The notes under the pieces were generated by a model, which was not told the DNA's origin, ran no database searches, and was given only the letters and a program-made list of their open reading frames with translations. Position numbers and translations under genes: made by a program. From Chiloscyllium plagiosum (taxonomy: Eukaryota), in the NCBI RefSeq assembly GCF_004010195.1, contig NC_057728.1:53402174-53466173 (forward strand): a stretch of 64,000 bases of DNA, read 5' to 3'. Shown here piece by piece: positions 62,257 to 64,000 of the stretch. Within the stretch, counting starts at the first letter, position 1. Each line of letters begins with the position of its first letter.

Positions 62257-64000
62257 ATGGAAGATAAAAGTTTTAAGGGAGATACTGCAGGTTCCGTTAT
62301 TGAGAAATACAAGGCAGACAGACAAGGGCTGACAGAGCAAATGAAGAAAAGTGGTTGGGATCCATCCCAGACATTAGCACAACAGAGCAAGTCGATAGAT
62401 AAGCAGAAATGGAATAAAACTAAAACGGTAGGGGCAATGTTAGTATACCAATTAGTCAGCCTAATTGAACAAGTGAGTGCCTCCACGAGTAGGTGGAGAA
62501 AGGACCAGGAACAAGTTAAAGAGCTGGAGAGCAGGATAAAGGATCTAGAATTCACAATAGAAAGAATACAAGATGTGAGAGAAATTGACTGTCTCCCCTC
62601 TTACAAAACCGTCCAGCAGGGACCAACTGCTCCCTCTGTTGGACAAACCATGCAAGAGTATAACTTAGCACCCGTTACCAGAGGAGGGACAGAATCACAT
62701 CCCAAAGCAAATTATAAACCATTTACCCCAGGGGAGAGGCAGCAGATTATGGCCTCCCTGGGCAAATTACAGCCCCGGAGTGCAAACACCCGGTTCTGGG
62801 AAGAGCTGGGTAGTGTATGGGTAGGGTACCAACTATACCTAAGGGACATACACCAGTTGGTCCATGCAGCTTGCCCAGCGGACAAGTGGAGGCAGGTAGC
62901 TGGCAGTCCCAATGCCACGGCAGCCCGAGACTTTAGAGGAGGACGGTGGACAAATGGCATTACCGTTACAGCTGAGATAGATGCCCAGCAGGCCCCCTTC
63001 ACCAACTTTAAAGAAGAAATCCAGAGGGTGCTAGGAAATGCTCCCACAAGCTGAAGCAAGATCATGACCACTAAGCAACTGAAAGGGGAAGGAGCCTCTG
63101 GGAATGGGGAATGATTTATTAGGGTCTAACAGGAATGCTCAGGGCAAGCAAACCCAGATCGGGGGGACCGGGCATTCATCCAAGCTTTTAAAGATGGGCT
63201 CTCTAGAGCCCATCAAGCCATCCTGAAAATGGGAGTAATAATGTCCCAGGATTATGGTGACCTAGTTGAGTGGGCTAGTGGGGTGCAGGATGCAGAAGCT
63301 CCTGTAATAAAGACAAGACCTGACAAGGCAGCCTCTTGGAATGGAGGCAAGAATGGAATAAAACTATCCTGCCATAACTGTGGTCGGCAGGGACACTTTG
63401 CTGGAGAGTGTAGGGACCACGTGCAGGAGATAGACCAGGTAACAATGTAAAATACTGCAGCCACTGCAAAGGAATAGGACACATGGGAAAAGCATAGGGC
63501 ACCCCCAAACACCACCAGGAACACCGCAGAACCACGGGAGCCCCAAGGTAAGCAGAGCTGAGAACCAGCTGCCCCCATTCGTGGGGGCAAGGGTGAGGGG
63601 AGAATTTACACTCCCACGGTAATAGGAGGGAGGAAATGTGAGATGCTAGTAGATACAGGAGCGGCTGTATCTATCACAAACTTACCCTAATTCCACACAA
63701 ATAAAATGATTCACTTAACTGGGGTAGGACGGGATAAACACCAGCTTACCTAAGCAAAACTACCCTCATAGAAATAAACAATATATATATAATATATCCC
63801 CATGAAATCCTATCTATGCCAAAATAATGAGGGCATCATAATGGGCAATGATCTCATGAAAGAATATAATGTTCTAATCAATTGTGCAAAAGAGAAATTG
63901 ACTTGGCCCAGACAGGATGGTTGGAAGACTGAGATTTGGAAACTTACAAGTTACCTTGAAACTATTAAAATGGCTACAGTCACCAGTAGGGACTGGAACT
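62257..64000 (+). mobile_element. Disrupted gag-pro of the ERV-like element (continues beyond the window)
   Basis: 265-aa Gag ORF with a coiled-coil-like segment; MHR-like SKIMTTKQLKGE after an in-frame stop; FIQAFKDGL; zinc knuckle CHNCGRQGHFAGEC and a second broken knuckle CSHCKGIGH; protease MLVDTGAAVS at 63643. Confidence 0.85.

Noticed and set aside
1..64000. CRISPR arrays, prokaryotic operons or rRNA genes
   Set aside because: Vertebrate repeat-rich DNA with no regularly spaced repeat-spacer arrays or rRNA motifs.

Overview
Repeat-dense vertebrate genomic DNA, inferred to be from a cartilaginous fish (shark) because of its HE1-type V-SINEs, HER1/CR1 LINEs and a SacSINE1-like DeuSINE. 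It contains one host protein-coding gene, a class II small leucine-rich proteoglycan of the lumican/fibromodulin subfamily, best called lumican or lumican-like. The gene is on the + strand, with a probable non-coding exon 1 ending at 37386 and coding exons 42721-43591 and 48735-48892 (342 aa). Other features are a decayed histone H2B copy (about 53889-54160, -), a decayed Gmr1-type Gypsy element with PRO-INT-RT-RH order (12497-20637) carrying four-layer nested insertions, the 5' end of an ERV-like provirus with a tRNA-Ser primer-binding site (61008-64000), and CR1, Rex1/Babar and Tx1 LINEs. The most notable pattern is a family of Penelope-like elements, including several tiny fold-back insertions with 11-15 bp target-site duplications, most carrying minimal hammerhead ribozyme cores. 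There are two assembly gaps (23505-23891 and 55809-56279). All family assignments come from motif recognition and recalled sequences, not database searches, and repeat boundaries are approximate unless a TSD is given.
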